Assembly: GCA_900088475.1 (NCBI GenBank)
Contig: FLMG01003917.1
Span: 62,001-126,000 of the forward strand
DNA length: 64,000 bases
Reading direction: 5' to 3'
DNA from: Hyphochytrium catenoides
Lineage: Eukaryota; Protista; Hyphochytriomycota
The notes under the pieces were generated by a model. That model was not told the DNA's origin. It ran no database searches and saw only the letters and a list, made by a program, of their open reading frames with translations. Shown piece by piece: positions 47,447 through 60,015 of this stretch (position 1 is the first letter of the stretch; each line of letters starts with the position of its first letter). A program made the position numbers and the translations under genes.

Positions 47447-50240
47447 ATGGCGGAGGACGCAGAGCCAGGAGATGACACGAGAAGGCGGTAGGAGCTCGCC
47501 AACCCCTAACGTAGCCTTCCTTATGCGCTTGCCATCTATGACGTGCTTCTCTCTCTTTACCCTCTTTGCATTGCCTTTATGTTCTCCTAGCTGCTCTGCT
47601 CTCCTCCCCAAGTTTCCTGATGCTCCTCCCAGTGTAACAGCACTCTTTCGAGAGCTGGATTTCATCTATGGCTGGTCGAGTCTTCCAGAAGTCTGGCCAG
47701 CGAATGAACAAATCCACCTGGAAGACTTGATGGCGTCGTCCAGCCTGCTGGAAAGGAGCGCAACGGACGATGAGAGTCTGGGAAGAGCGGAAGAGGGCAC
47801 ACAAGGACCAGAAGACGACGAGGAAGGGCTCGTGGCAAGCGATGGATCCTTCGACTATTATACTGCCCCGTCCGAGGAGGAAGAAGAAGGGATACTGGGG
47901 GTGAAGCTCGGAAAGAACGATGGCGGAAGCAGCCCGGTGGCACAGGATCTCTGCCCTGGTCTAGTGGCTCTTGAGATAGCTGAGGGAGGAAAGAGACAAA
48001 GCCATGTTACGCCAGAGAGAGAATATGCAAACAACGCGGGAGCGAGCGAGGAACCGCTAGGAGAGAGGCAGCCGCTACCGAAAGCTTTAGAAGAAGAAGG
48101 TCCAGTGGACGTCGCCCCAAGCACTCCTATGATGACAATAAGACGTCCAGCGACAGAGGAAGAAATGCGTGGCAGACAAGGATCTGATACTGACAGTCGT
48201 AGTCCCTCAGACCTGAGGTGTGAGCTCTTCCTCCCTCTTCTCCCTCCATTTGCTCTTGCGTGTGATGGTGCTCGACCTAATCTTTGCTGTCTCTGCCCTC
48301 CTCTTTACGGGTTCACCTCGCCTCTTTGCTTCTCTCTTCCCGCTGTATCCAAAGATGATTGAAGGACCTTATTTACTTCTCTTGAGCAATACTCTCCCTT
48401 GTGTGCGGTACACTCCTCTCCCATCGTTTCCGGCGAGACTGCTAAACTTGACTTCCTCCAGTGCGCATTCTCCGGAGCTCTTCACGCCCCGTCAAACCCC
48501 GAGCAGAGCGAGAAGAAACAGGTTCATCATCTACTCAGATAGCGAAGATGAACGGTCAGGAGGAGATAATGACATCGTAGAGCTTAGCAGGTGATGTGTC
48601 CTGAGCACACTCAAATGCTCCTGCTGGGGACCGTTAGTCAATGGTTATCCTGCCGCTTTCTCGTCAATAGCCAATGCGGGCAACTCATGCTTCCCACTCG
48701 CTATTCCTCAGACTCCATTGATGCTAACGTTACTGCCATCGGCGTAGATCACCGTCTCCCAGGCGACCGCGAAGCGTTCGGAAACGAAATGTAGTGGATA
48801 AAGACTCATCGGACGACGGAGAGACCGAGACTTTCAAGGAAAATGTTAGTCCTAGGGCAGAGGCTACCAAAAGGCCTACATTCCCGGCACCCCGCTCAGC
48901 GCTGCCGAGGAAGGGGCAAACCCCTTCCAAGCGCGCATTCACAGCCATGAGGTGGGGAGAGGGTGACGCATAGGAAAGGTAGACGGTGCCAGAGATGAAG
49001 AGGAATGTTGTGGAAGACAGCTGAAGGACAGGAAGAAGGAAGAGAAGGAAGTTCTTAGTAGAGTTTGGCCTCTCACACTTTCACACATTTCTGATCGGAT
49101 TGCGCTCTCGCTTTTTCCTCAGAAACGTTCTTACGAGCACCTTTCTCTCTGAGTTCCTCTCCACCGTGTTTGGAGGTCGCATCTGCGCAGAGAATGTGCC
49201 TATTAGCTGGTCCAAGCGGCTTACCAAGACGGCGGGGCTTACCTATACGAAGAGGACAATCAGGGGAGATTCCTGGGGCTACGGGGCCAGGATAGAGCTC
49301 TCGGAGAAAGTGATAGACACAGAGGACAAATTGAGACAGGTGAGAGGAAGAGAAGGAGAAGCTAAAGGACAATGAATGAAGAAGGAATTTCTTTGACTCT
49401 GAACCGCCTCTCTCTTTCCTTAACCCCTTCTCTCTTGTTAATCTCCTCTGTCATATCACACAGACACTGCTTCACGAGCTGTGCCACGTGGCTGCCTGGC
49501 TCGTAGACCATCAGCAGAAACCTCCGCATGGTCCTGCCTTTTGGCGTTGGGCGGAGAAGGCGACTTCTGCGTATCCTTCGCTCTCTGTGTCACGCTGCCA
49601 CAACTATGAGATCCAGTACAAGTTCCGATACCAATGTCAGGGGTGTGGAGCCGTCATTGGAAGGCATAGCAAGTCCATTGATGTCGAAAGAAAGGTGCAA
49701 GACCTTGCGGAAGATAATCATCTATCTGTCCATTCCTTCCTCTGTCTCCCAGCTCACATATTCGAAGTAATGTTCTGGTTCTCTGGTCCTCTCTCTCGCA
49801 TTATCATTGGCACTGTTTTTCCCTTGTCGGTCACGCTTCCTGTTGACGCTTTGGTGTAGGTCTGTGCCTCCTGCCGCGGCAAGCTGGTACTGCTTGGGCC
49901 CACTAAAGCAGATGGAACTCCGGGCAAGCGCCGAGCTCCTTCCGCCTTCAGGTTGGACAAACATAATGCCCATTAGTGACTCTACACCCATGCCCCAACT
50001 TACTTTTCATATGTTCTCTTCTCCCATTTCTCCGGCCCCTACCCCGCGCGCTCTCTCGTCCCCTTGGCCCAATGGCCGTCTCCCTTGTTTCGCTGTTGGC
50101 GCAGTCTCTTCGTCCAGGAGAACTATGGGAAGGTGAAAGCTTCAGGGGGCGGCGATGGTGAGGAGGATGTGAAGAAGCTTGATCATGCAGATGTCATGCG
50201 AATCCTTTCTCTTCGATGGAAAGCCGCTAACGGCGGCTAG
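47447..50240 (+). CDS. GCNA: GCNA/ACRC-like SprT metalloprotease (acidic disordered region + SprT + Zn ribbon + HMG-box-like tail)
   Basis: ISWSKRLTKTAG, ARIELSEKVID, HEXXH in TLLHELCHVAAW, PHGPAFWRW, CHNYEI, CQGC...RHSKS...CASC, and PSAFSLFVQENY...HADVMRILSLRW. Probable first exon MAEDAEPGDD at 47447. Confidence 0.9.
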
Positions 50241-50362
50241 TGGCTACATCTGAGATAAAATGTATATATATTTGGTAATAACGGCATCTTGTTGCGATAA
50301 TATTTCTAATAATGAAGCGGTTTGCTCAATTTTCAAAAGTTTTCTGAGAAAGTGTGTTCATT

Positions 50363-50363
<1 letters not shown>

Positions 50364-50420
<57 letters not shown>
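50364..50420. repeat. (CT)n microsatellite
   Basis: Seen directly. Confidence 0.95.
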
Positions 50421-50423
<3 letters not shown>

Positions 50424-50820
50424 TTCCTCCCCTTTCTCTTCCTAGGCTCTCTCCCGCTTGAGCCTTGCCCCTCCCTAGCTGTCTTTCTCGTCTTCTTCGG
50501 AGGGGTTGGCTCTACGAAGCAGCAACAAAGTCCTGGCAGGAAGTTGATCTGCTTCTTGAGACAGCAGAAGACAAGCCGTCAATCCTGCTCTACCCTTCTC
50601 TCCCTTCCATTTTTCTCAGTCCTCTAGTTTATACTCTGCAGAACGAGTCTTCGCTGCTGCAGCTAGAAGATCACTATCTCCTTTCTTCCCGCTCACTTTT
50701 TACACTCTTCTTGCTCTCGAGCGGAGCTGTGCTTCTATCTTCTAGGTCAGACCTACCACTCTTCTCTCACTGACTTCTCTCTTTCGTCTCCTTCTTCCTA
50801 CTTCCTCTTGATGAGAACGG

Positions 50821-53800
50821 ATGATGTCTCCTCCCCCTCTAAGCGCAGATAGGATGGACGCCCTAGCGCCGCCTTCTGCTGACAGTTCTCCGGACAGCGT
50901 GACCGAACTCTCACGTATTATCGGCGATCTCAAGCTTAACGTCCAGAACATTAGTCGGCTAGTGAAAGAAGGAGGAAAGGATGAGCTCGAAGAGACGCCC
51001 AGTCAAGCTTCTCCGTGAGCCAAGCACTCTGTCTTTCTCTTCCTGTCTCTTTATAAATATGGGGTTTTGGCTTTGGCATCTCTTTAGCTTTTTGATGTCC
51101 TGCACGCTTCTCTTTCCTTAGCTGTCTTCCTCTGTACCAACTAAACGTACTCCTCACAGTCCTAGTAACAGAAGAGTTAGACCAATTCAGGAGAATGGAG
51201 AGGAGGCCAAAGCTGCAGCGATGGAGCTTCAGCGCAGACTCATAGCCCACGAGGCGGAGATCGCCGCCCTTAGGAAGCAGGTAAAGAACGGGGAAAAGAG
51301 GAGAGAAGGAGGAGACGACGAATAGGGAAGAATGGGTGCCTGGGGATTTGGAGAGAGAAGAAGGGAGAGACCCCAATGTTCTACGTAGACAGCGCTATTG
51401 GTCCTTGGAATGTAGACCGAGCGATAGGCAAAGCGAGAACGGAGGCTAGGAAGTAGACACTGAGGCCAGTGTCTTCTGACTTCTTTGGAAAGAGCTGGGC
51501 TTGCAGGAGAAAGCGAGCTCAGGACTCCGGACTAACCCCTCTCTCGCATCCTCCTCTCCGTCGAGTAGGTAGCTGAGTTAGTAGCTGACAAGGAGAGAGA
51601 CGAGGAGATATGTCGGCGGGCAGCAGAGTATAGCACCGGTAAGCTGCGAGAAGGTTAGGATAAACATTGAAGGAGACGAGTGTGCTCATAGCTTAGTGCA
51701 GCGGGTTTCGGGAGAGAGGAAGAACGCGTAAGGAGGTCTTGGTAGGACATATGGAGTATGGGTTAGTAGCGACAGGAGTTGCTGCCAACGGTGCTAGAAA
51801 GAGAGAGGGAAGAATGGGAATGTGAGAGCTGTACAGACCCACAAAAACGAACGGAGCGAAGGGGAGACGAACAGGGACGGGAAACGGCCTTCACCAGGCT
51901 GCCAAAGGACCCATCAGGCTCGACTCAGTCCTCTTCCTTCAAACTATATCTTTCCCAATCGGTAGCGAAGAACGTGGCCAATGCTGTGCTCTATAGTCTC
52001 TTCAGCTATTGTGTCATGGGAAAGGTCTCGATCCTCCGCGAGTGGAAAGAAAGCGGAGTGCTGCCCACAAGAGACGGACTTAAGCACTGGAAGCTAGATG
52101 CTAGGACGGTTCGCAATGATGTAGGCGCTAACGAGCCAATAGAGCTCTGCTCACCGTCTCCGTACAATTCTTCTCACTTGTCCCTCCTCACGGCGGCGGA
52201 TCATCTCTGGACACTACTTTGCTCTTTATTTATTGTTCCTACGTATGCTCTTCTCTTCCTTATGCCCTCCTCTTCATCGAGGAATTGACAAAGCTGCCTC
52301 TGCATGGAGGCAGAGGCGTTTCGGCCCTTTGGTCTTTTCTGTCTACCTTGCCCTTCTGTTGCCGGATGCTACTTCCAAAGTCCTATCTAAGGGTTTCTTT
52401 CCACGTGCACCTTAGCACTGAAGTGGTTTTCAGTCTAAATCTTCCGGCGCATGGCGCGTTGACCCTCCTCGCTAACGACCCGTCTTTCTCTTTTTATTTC
52501 TCTCACTCATCCTGCTGTCTATCTAGAACTCTTCCTCCTTGTTGCATGTGGCTGTGGACCAGTCTGTGGCACCGCAAAAGGCAAAAGAAGCGACCGTCCG
52601 CTTCCTAGTAGGAGATGTAGGGATAGATCCTAACATCACCGACATTGTAAGCTCTCTCCTTGGCCTCTGCCCTAACCCCCTCCGCTGCCTGCTTGGATGG
52701 CCTCTTTACTTGTTTAAGTCAAGATCCTTAGAGTTATGTCAGCCGGCGCTCTCTGACGGGTCTTAAGTTTCAGAGTATGACACGTAACACCATACAGCAT
52801 CTGATGTCACCATGCTTTTCATTTTCTCTCTTCGTAATGGCAGTTTGGTCGAACTCCATTGCACGTTGCAGCCGTCAGGGGCCAAGATAGGGTAAGCTCT
52901 ATGACTTTCCAAAGCCTGGGTCGACACAAATTACTCCCGAAGTTCCAGTGTCGCACCTGCTCTCTTCGCTCCTTGCTGCGAACCCACCACATCCATGCTC
53001 CCTCTCTCCCTTTTTATAATTTGACCTCACTCGCTGCAATTCTGTAGATGTGCGAGGTTCTGGTAGAACTCGGAGCAGACGATGCGTTTACAGACAAAGC
53101 TGGCTTCACTCCTCTCTCCTTGGCTCTCTCTCTCTCTAACCCACCGGCAGACGTGGTTGAGTTCTTGACCAATTGTCTTCAGAAGAGAAACAGTAAGCCG
53201 CGAGAGGAACCTTCTCCTGAGCCAGGCACGTCTGGCCAAGAAGAGTCATTCCGCAAGGTACTTTACCTGTTAAGCCTTAAGAACACCTTTCTCTTGGGGA
53301 AAGATGGGGTTGCTTTCCCTTTCGAACAGGCCTGATATATCCATGGGCTGCGCTCAAGGACCGTCCTCTTCATCTCTTGTCGTCGCCGCGTTTGCTCCCT
53401 GTGGCTATGCTTCGCTTGTGTTTATCTCGGTCCTTAGATGGTTACTCACTCTTTCTTGATTTACCCTGTTTAAGCTGGATGAGAGTGGCTTGGCCTGCCT
53501 GACTGAGTTGCGAAGGTGGAAGAGGTTTGTTCGTCCAAACCTGCAGCAAAGATTCGAACGCTCAGTAGACCAGATGATGGTGGAAGTATCAGAAGGTGAT
53601 GTCTCGCAACCTCTTACAACCTAGCTTTAGGTTATGCGACGCTGCAACGCGTGGTATAAGAAGGCCGCAGCCTTGGAAGTGTTTCATAGTCTTGCATCCG
53701 CTTCTCGTTTATCTAGAGACCTTCTAAGTGGAGTGGGAGTGAGAGTGAGGAAGGACCTGACAACGTCTAACCTGTGGCAGGTCATGTTGACCTCTGTTCC

Positions 53801-56139
53801 TCCTTCTCGCGCCACCTTGGGAGAGAAGTAATTGAGGGATCCTCTCTTGCTAGCCCTGCCGTCCTGTTTCCTGATGAAGCTCTGTCGAACGCTGAGTTCG
53901 TAGCGGTAAAGCCTTGTCTCTTCCTTACTTGCTCAACCGGACTGTGAACTCGAAAGCAATCTTTATGATCTGAGAAGCTACTCTGCTTGCTTGCCTTGAT
54001 GGCGCCCCATACGTTCGACCAATGCCGCTTCTATCTCCCCTTAGGCTGTGAAAGCTCTGGCCCTCCGACTGGGAAAGGAGCTCGGGCGCGAGAGGACAGA
54101 CAGTCAAGGGCGCATTGTCACCTGGAGACAATTCCTCCGCAGTCTTATGCAGACAATCCTGGTAGACAATAGATTGACTTTTTCTAGTTCTTTGCTTTCT
54201 TTGGGACGGTCCTCCGACCTGCCTAGTTCCAACTTCGTGGCGGAAGCACTTCCAACAACTCTTGTTAATGCATCCCTGGCCTGTTCACTGTTTCCTTTAA
54301 CATTGTTTCCCTGCCTTAGTCTCTCTTTCTAACCTTCGTTCTCATAAGGCGAGGGAGTCAGGGCCCGTCAGTCCGGCCCGTTGGCCACTCTCCTCGTCTA
54401 CTGCGGCTTCCTCTTGGAGCACAGAAAGGAGAGGATGGCATTATGCATTGCTCCTGGTCGGTGTGCCAGTGCTGCCTCCTGGCATTATCTTTGCCACCGA
54501 AGAAAAGAATAAGTTACGGACTACCGAGGACCTAGCTCATATATTTGTCATCTCCAGTAAAGTCAAGATAGGAAAAGAGGTAGCTGACCCTGGCCCCCTT
54601 AGGACTGTCAATGTCGTCCGCATTTTCGTCAAGTTTCCTACCTATGTCCCCGCCGACTTCATCATCTTTCTCTCAAACCTTCAAGCACGTTTTCGCACTG
54701 ATCTATCGTTAGTCGAGTGGTCGACTTGTGATCTTATGCATTCTCCGTCCTCCTTCCTTCGCGGGCTAGGACTTTGTGGTCGTCACTTATGAATCAGAAG
54801 CCAGACTGATCACCTTAGGTAAGTGACAGAAAAGGTAGTGGAAGTTAAGAGAGAGAGAGAGAGTAAAAGAGACAGATGACGCTAGCTAAACGAAAAGAAC
54901 TCAATTGTTAAGGTAGAGGATAGCTCAAGGCGCGGTTTATGCTACTGCACGGTATGAAGGCACATTGTCTCTTTAACTCTCAGCTCTCATCATTCTTTCC
55001 ACCCTGCCGTTAATGCCTCCTTTAATAGATCGTCCCCTTTCCGAGAATGCCAAGCCAGACACCGAGCTCTCTCTGTTTCTCCCTAACAGCAACATTGTGC
55101 CGCACTTTAAGACTAAGACCATCTGGGAGCGAGAGCCCGGGAACAAGTTCGAGCAGAAGAGCGACGAACAGGAATACTTTCAAGACTTTCAGTTCCTACC
55201 TCCTGAGAGTGATTGCGAGGTGGCGGCTAAGGTTGGGCCCTTCAAGTCTTCTCAGGCTGCCAGGAAGTTCCTCAACCGATGGAAGTTGCTATGCAAAGAG
55301 GCCTTTCAAAAGAAAGTGTATGTCGCAATACGTAGGGGCTGACTCTCTTGTTTGCCCACATGCCCATTCCGCCCATTTTCCCTTTTTGCCTCGTGTCTGC
55401 TTCTAGCTTCAGCCACTTGTGTCTTCCCTCTATTGCATTTCAAGCCCTTGGGATGGGCATAGGACTCCAGTGACTTACTTTACCCTGCTCCTTCGTCGTG
55501 TCGACAGCTGCGGTGAGTCGAGTCCAGCGTGCAAGGTCTATTGTCCACAGAAACTTGGAGAGTTCCCGGTATTTATCCCTCTGCCCTGCTCCAAATGCGT
55601 TGCTTCACTATATCATTGGACACCAGAAGCTGTCATATCTTCAGGGAATCTGTCCTCTGCTTCTCTCTTACCACCCCTTTCTTACCCTTACTATCATGCA
55701 GTGCGTGTCAGATATGGTTCGCCTTGGTTCGAGTCTAGCTCAGCAGGAGCTGGGTAAGGCGACATTTTTGAAGACATTGAAGTCCAGACCTCAATTGGAG
55801 AGGAAAAAGAATGACTACCATAGAAAACTACCCTGGCCAGGTCTGCCTTCGGCCCCTGCAGGACCCATTCGCAATTTTAAATATTGTCTTGCCGTTGCTG
55901 CATTGTTAGCTCTTCGGCAGTATCGTCCCTCTTCCTCTCATGGTGTTGCAGCTTCAAGATAGCTTTCGGTGGTGCCGATCCCTTGCTCTATAGACTCATG
56001 CATCGCCTGCCTCTTCACCTGCATAGGTTCACCCTTAACGCGCAACTCTGCGTTGTTTCCACGCACGCGGACCGACCAAGACAAAGCCGATATTGATAAA
56101 GACTCTGTCCGCAGAGCCATCAACTTCAGCACGGATTGA
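50821..56139 (+). CDS. Multi-exon ankyrin-repeat protein with an unassigned C-terminal region
   Basis: Ankyrin exons LLHVAVD...VRFLVGDVGIDPNITD, FGRTPLHVAAVRG and CEVLVELGADDAFTDKAGFTPLSLA. Further in-phase exons probably end ...RRAINFSTD* at 56139. The exon chain is not fully resolved and could represent two genes. Confidence 0.6.
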
Positions 56140-56331
56140 GAGATCGAGCCATCGCTGCACCGGCGCGGTAGAAACAACATGGACGCAGGCAGCTTGCCGA
56201 GCTCCTCGATGGAGGATGACCGATGATGGAGGATGAGACTTCACAGAGGGCTTGTTGCAGGCAATGTGGACACTGACGGGAGCTTCCCGGCCAAGACTAT
56301 GTCCTGTCCTGGCCACAATATTTCCAGGACT

Positions 56332-57278
56332 TCAGTCAATCGGCTTTACGTACTTCTCATAGCTCGCCAGCAGTTCATTTTCTTTGGCTTGCATCAGGGC
56401 GTAATCATCATCGTGGTCATGAGTGTACCTGGCGAGACCAAACTGTTAGAGGACCACATTGAAAGGATCATGCAAACCTCGTTGACAGAAGGTGCAGCGG
56501 GCGCCCCGAGGTTGCCTAAAGCTAGAGCATCAGCAGCCATCTTAAAGGTGTTAATGCATCCGTCGGTCCGAAGGCCTAACTCTTGACCGCTTGGCGCATA
56601 GACAGTCTCTAATTTATCTTCTTATTCATTATCAGCCATCCAAATGCTCGTCCTGGTCTTTCTCGACCTCTCGATCTCCCTCGTTCTTGTCTGGCATATC
56701 TTAAGTTTCATTCTCCTTTTCTCTTTCTCTCTCTCTCTCGCGCATAGCAAATCTTGTCAAAAACTTACCCGATCAGATGGCAGAGGCTGTGTGCGAGAAG
56801 CACAGGCATGTGCTTCGCCAAAGGTGTCTGAGTTTCCTCGCAGTATTCTACAATGTAGGGCATGCCAAAGTAAACCTCTCCCAAGTAGCGCATCTGTGCC
56901 TTTGGAGTCGGTTTGATGATCCCTGGACTGCTAACCTGGTGCGATGACCGTAGGGAAGAAGGTCATCAGCACAGGGATCGGAGAGAAACGAAGGGAGAGG
57001 TTGACATACCTCAACGAAGGGGTAGGAGAGGACATCTGTGGGTCTATCAACTCCTCGATCACGTCGATTGAGCTCCTGGATCTTCTCGTTACTGGTCATC
57101 CGCAAGTTGAGCTCCCTGTCTGGGCTGTTAGATGTTGCACCACGAAGGACAGGACGCCAACCTCGGCTTACCATTTGCTCAGACCCAAGCACTTTAGCAT
57201 GGCATTTCCTTGATTTCGAAGAAGCTTCATTGGGTAGATCCCCAGCAGGCTTTTCCGACAAATCACCAAAGCTCCCAT
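56332..57278 (-). CDS. YBEY: YbeY rRNA-maturation endoribonuclease (organellar type), 4 exons
   Basis: MGALVICRK...; IQELNRRDRGVDRPTDVLSYP; YLGEVYFG; metal-binding HxxxHxxxxxH motif assembled across an intron as HSLCHLIG|YTH. Confidence 0.9.
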
Positions 57279-57581
57279 TCCTCCGGTTCGGCTAGAGCTC
57301 TCGTCACTGCAGGATCAAAGCCAAGAGATGCATCTCGACTAGAAGCCATGATGATGCGACTGCACTTTGAGCTCTGCCATCACCGCCGATCCGCAATAGG
57401 AAATCTGCAGAATTCACCAGCAGATCGACGAGAAGAACGCAATGACGCTGCTGTTGTAGTAAGCTCTGTCGCACTGTACGACGCTGTGCTCCGAAGGCGG
57501 TTAGCGGCTCAATAGGTGAGAGGATGATGAAAAGCCGAAGTCGAGAACGAGAAGGAGGCAGCTCTTTCTTCTTCAAAGATC

Positions 57582-57712
57582 TAGAGCTTCATTGTGATAA
57601 TGTTGAGTTCACATAGAGCTTCGGCGTGATAATGTTGAGCTCACATAGAGCTTCAGATAGTGTTAATGTTAAGCTCGCATAGAGCTTCAGGGTGATGATA
57701 ACGTTGAGCTCT
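57582..57712. repeat. Minisatellite, about 4 copies of a 32-34 bp unit
   Basis: tagagcttc...gtgataatgttgagctcaca units start at 57582, 57614, 57646 and 57680. Confidence 0.9.
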
Positions 57713-59945
57713 GGCCGTCGTCAGCATTGTTGTTCACTTCTTCTTTTGCCCGCGAAGAATGATAATATTTATGCCAAGAAGACAACAACACCAAGCACAA
57801 GCTAAGGCTTACTCTGCTGCTGCCAGCGAGCTACGAGCCTGCTAATTATTATTGTTTTGATGATATTATAGCGTCGCATTGTCGTGGGCTGTCGTCAGGG
57901 GTGTTCTCATGATGCACGGCCATCATGGTTAGATAGAGGCAGGCAAGGGATGATGATTGAACACTCACAATAATATAATAAGAAAGGCTAGCTCTAGGCA
58001 GTCATCAGCAACATATAGCATCCTCCTGACTCCCTCCTTCCTCTCCTTCGTAACAAATAAATGACGAACAACTACGACGGTTATGATGGTCTGCAGGGTA
58101 GTATACGACGTAGAGGAGGAGTAGGGATCGGCAGCAGCTGAGGATGAGGATTCTTTTTTGCCATCAGTCCCTAAGTGGTACACTGCACCTTGAAGAACTC
58201 TTCACGTTAGAAGCACCAACAACTATTAGTTACTCCTCCGTCCTCACCCTACTCCTGTGACTGATGATGATGTCACAGAGTTGTTAATTGCCTCTTCTTA
58301 TGCCTTTATTATAATACAAGCAGAAGAGAGGACCGACATTATTTTGCGCCTCGTGAGCGTAGTCTATGCTACTCCCTCTTTGTTACCATTGGTGACGACG
58401 ACCGACGACTCCTCCTCGTTATTAGCCATCAATAGCTCCTACTACTAATAGCCTGACGTCCATTCTCTGGGTGATGGAGAGGGTTTAACTCCAGGTCTAA
58501 ATGGTGATGATGATGCATTATGGTGATGACACTGCAGATGACCGACGGCACTACTACTCCTATCGCGGAAAAGGCTAACAATTCTCCTCCGCCCTAGTGA
58601 CTACTCTGTCTTCACTTACTTGATAGCCAGGAAGAAGTATCGTCACCAAATAGATGGACAGAAGCAACCAGCAACAACAGCACGAGCTTTCTCAGTCCAG
58701 CCTCTTTTCAGTCTTACTATTCGCTCTCATTCTATATAAGGATATCGCTGGCTTACAAGCATGGACAAGTACCAGTTGAAGGGAAGCAGCAATAATATTC
58801 CTTCCCCTCTCGCTCCCTCCAGTGTGCTGACCCATTACTTTTCTACCCCAGCAAGGTTTCTTCTTCACTCTTCTTCTACTCTTGCCATCACGACCTGCTC
58901 TTCCGGCTCTGTAGAATGTTATGCTGCCAATGAGCTGCTGGAGGTGGTCGTCTACGCCCATCATCGTCTTTTCTTATCACTCTTTTGGGAATGGAAGCAG
59001 GAGTATAGAGTTCCTGTGCGGAAGGCCTTCTTCGGAGGGCCATGCAAGAAGAGACAAGCTTAAGAGGAGTCATTGGACCCCGCTCCCTGTCGTTAGACTT
59101 GGTCCTCCAAATCCGGACTTTTACGATGCTTCTTCATGATGATACGCATAGTAGAGTCGTTCCCCGACCAGCCCGGCCCTTGCGTCGTTGTTGGTACTAC
59201 CGCACCAAGAAACTAATAAGAACAGTTATCCTTGTCGTCACAACCTCCTCGATCTTCCTTTCCATTTGGTTGTTGACGTCGTCCTGGCCCATCTTCGTTT
59301 TCTTCGCCTTCCCTCAGCCACCGTCACAAATGTTACAGATCATCAAGCATAAAGAGTGCACATTAACCTCTTCTTCTTGTGTGGATGTCTCCTCCCATGA
59401 TGGTCTGCTAACAGCATGCTATTGGAGGAAGAAGCGTGGGTCTGATGATCAACCATGTAACGCCTGACTGATGAGAATGAACGTAAGATATGCCTTGATG
59501 AGCACCAGCTTCAAACCATCTACTCCGGAATATAAGAAGGCCCTCCTAGAAGAACCTCAACGGTAGAACATGCGCACTCTGACAGCCTTCCCATCGCTCC
59601 TCAATGTTAACACCATTTGCGTCTAGTTCCTCGAGGTTAAAAGCCTCCATGAGATGAATCCTCTTCCTCTTCTTCCCAGCCTATTCTTCTTCTTCTAGCG
59701 CCATCATGGACTCTTCTGTCACCCAACAGCAGCTGCTCCTAGCCATTCCTCGCCCTTTAGTAATTCTTTCTTTCACACGCACTTCTGATCTTCATTAGGC
59801 CTTGCTTCGACGACAGCGAAGTAAAAAGAGCTTGGGAAGAGAGAAAGAGTCGTCGGATCAAGCATGCATCATTCTAGGAACAAAAAAGAGGATGAAGGAA
59901 GAGGAGAGGGTATGGTTAGGCAGTTGAGGAGATCCGATCCGTCAG

Positions 59946-59960
59946 TCGAGAGAGAGAGAG

Positions 59961-60011
<51 letters not shown>
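59946..60011. repeat. (GA)n microsatellite
   Basis: Seen directly. Confidence 0.95.

Positions 60012-60015
<4 letters not shown>

Noticed and set aside
49571-49579. GTATCCTT U12-like donor in GCNA
   Set aside because: It falls within the continuous SprT exon (AYPSL), which needs no intron here.
14628-57278. Functional cluster of RNA-processing genes (SNRNP35, DXO, YbeY) or of redox genes (FSP1, HSC20)
   Set aside because: They are far apart and interleaved with unrelated housekeeping genes; there is no evidence of clustering.
57582-57712. Possible CRISPR-like array
   Set aside because: There are no unique spacers and no cas genes, and the context is eukaryotic; it is a simple minisatellite.
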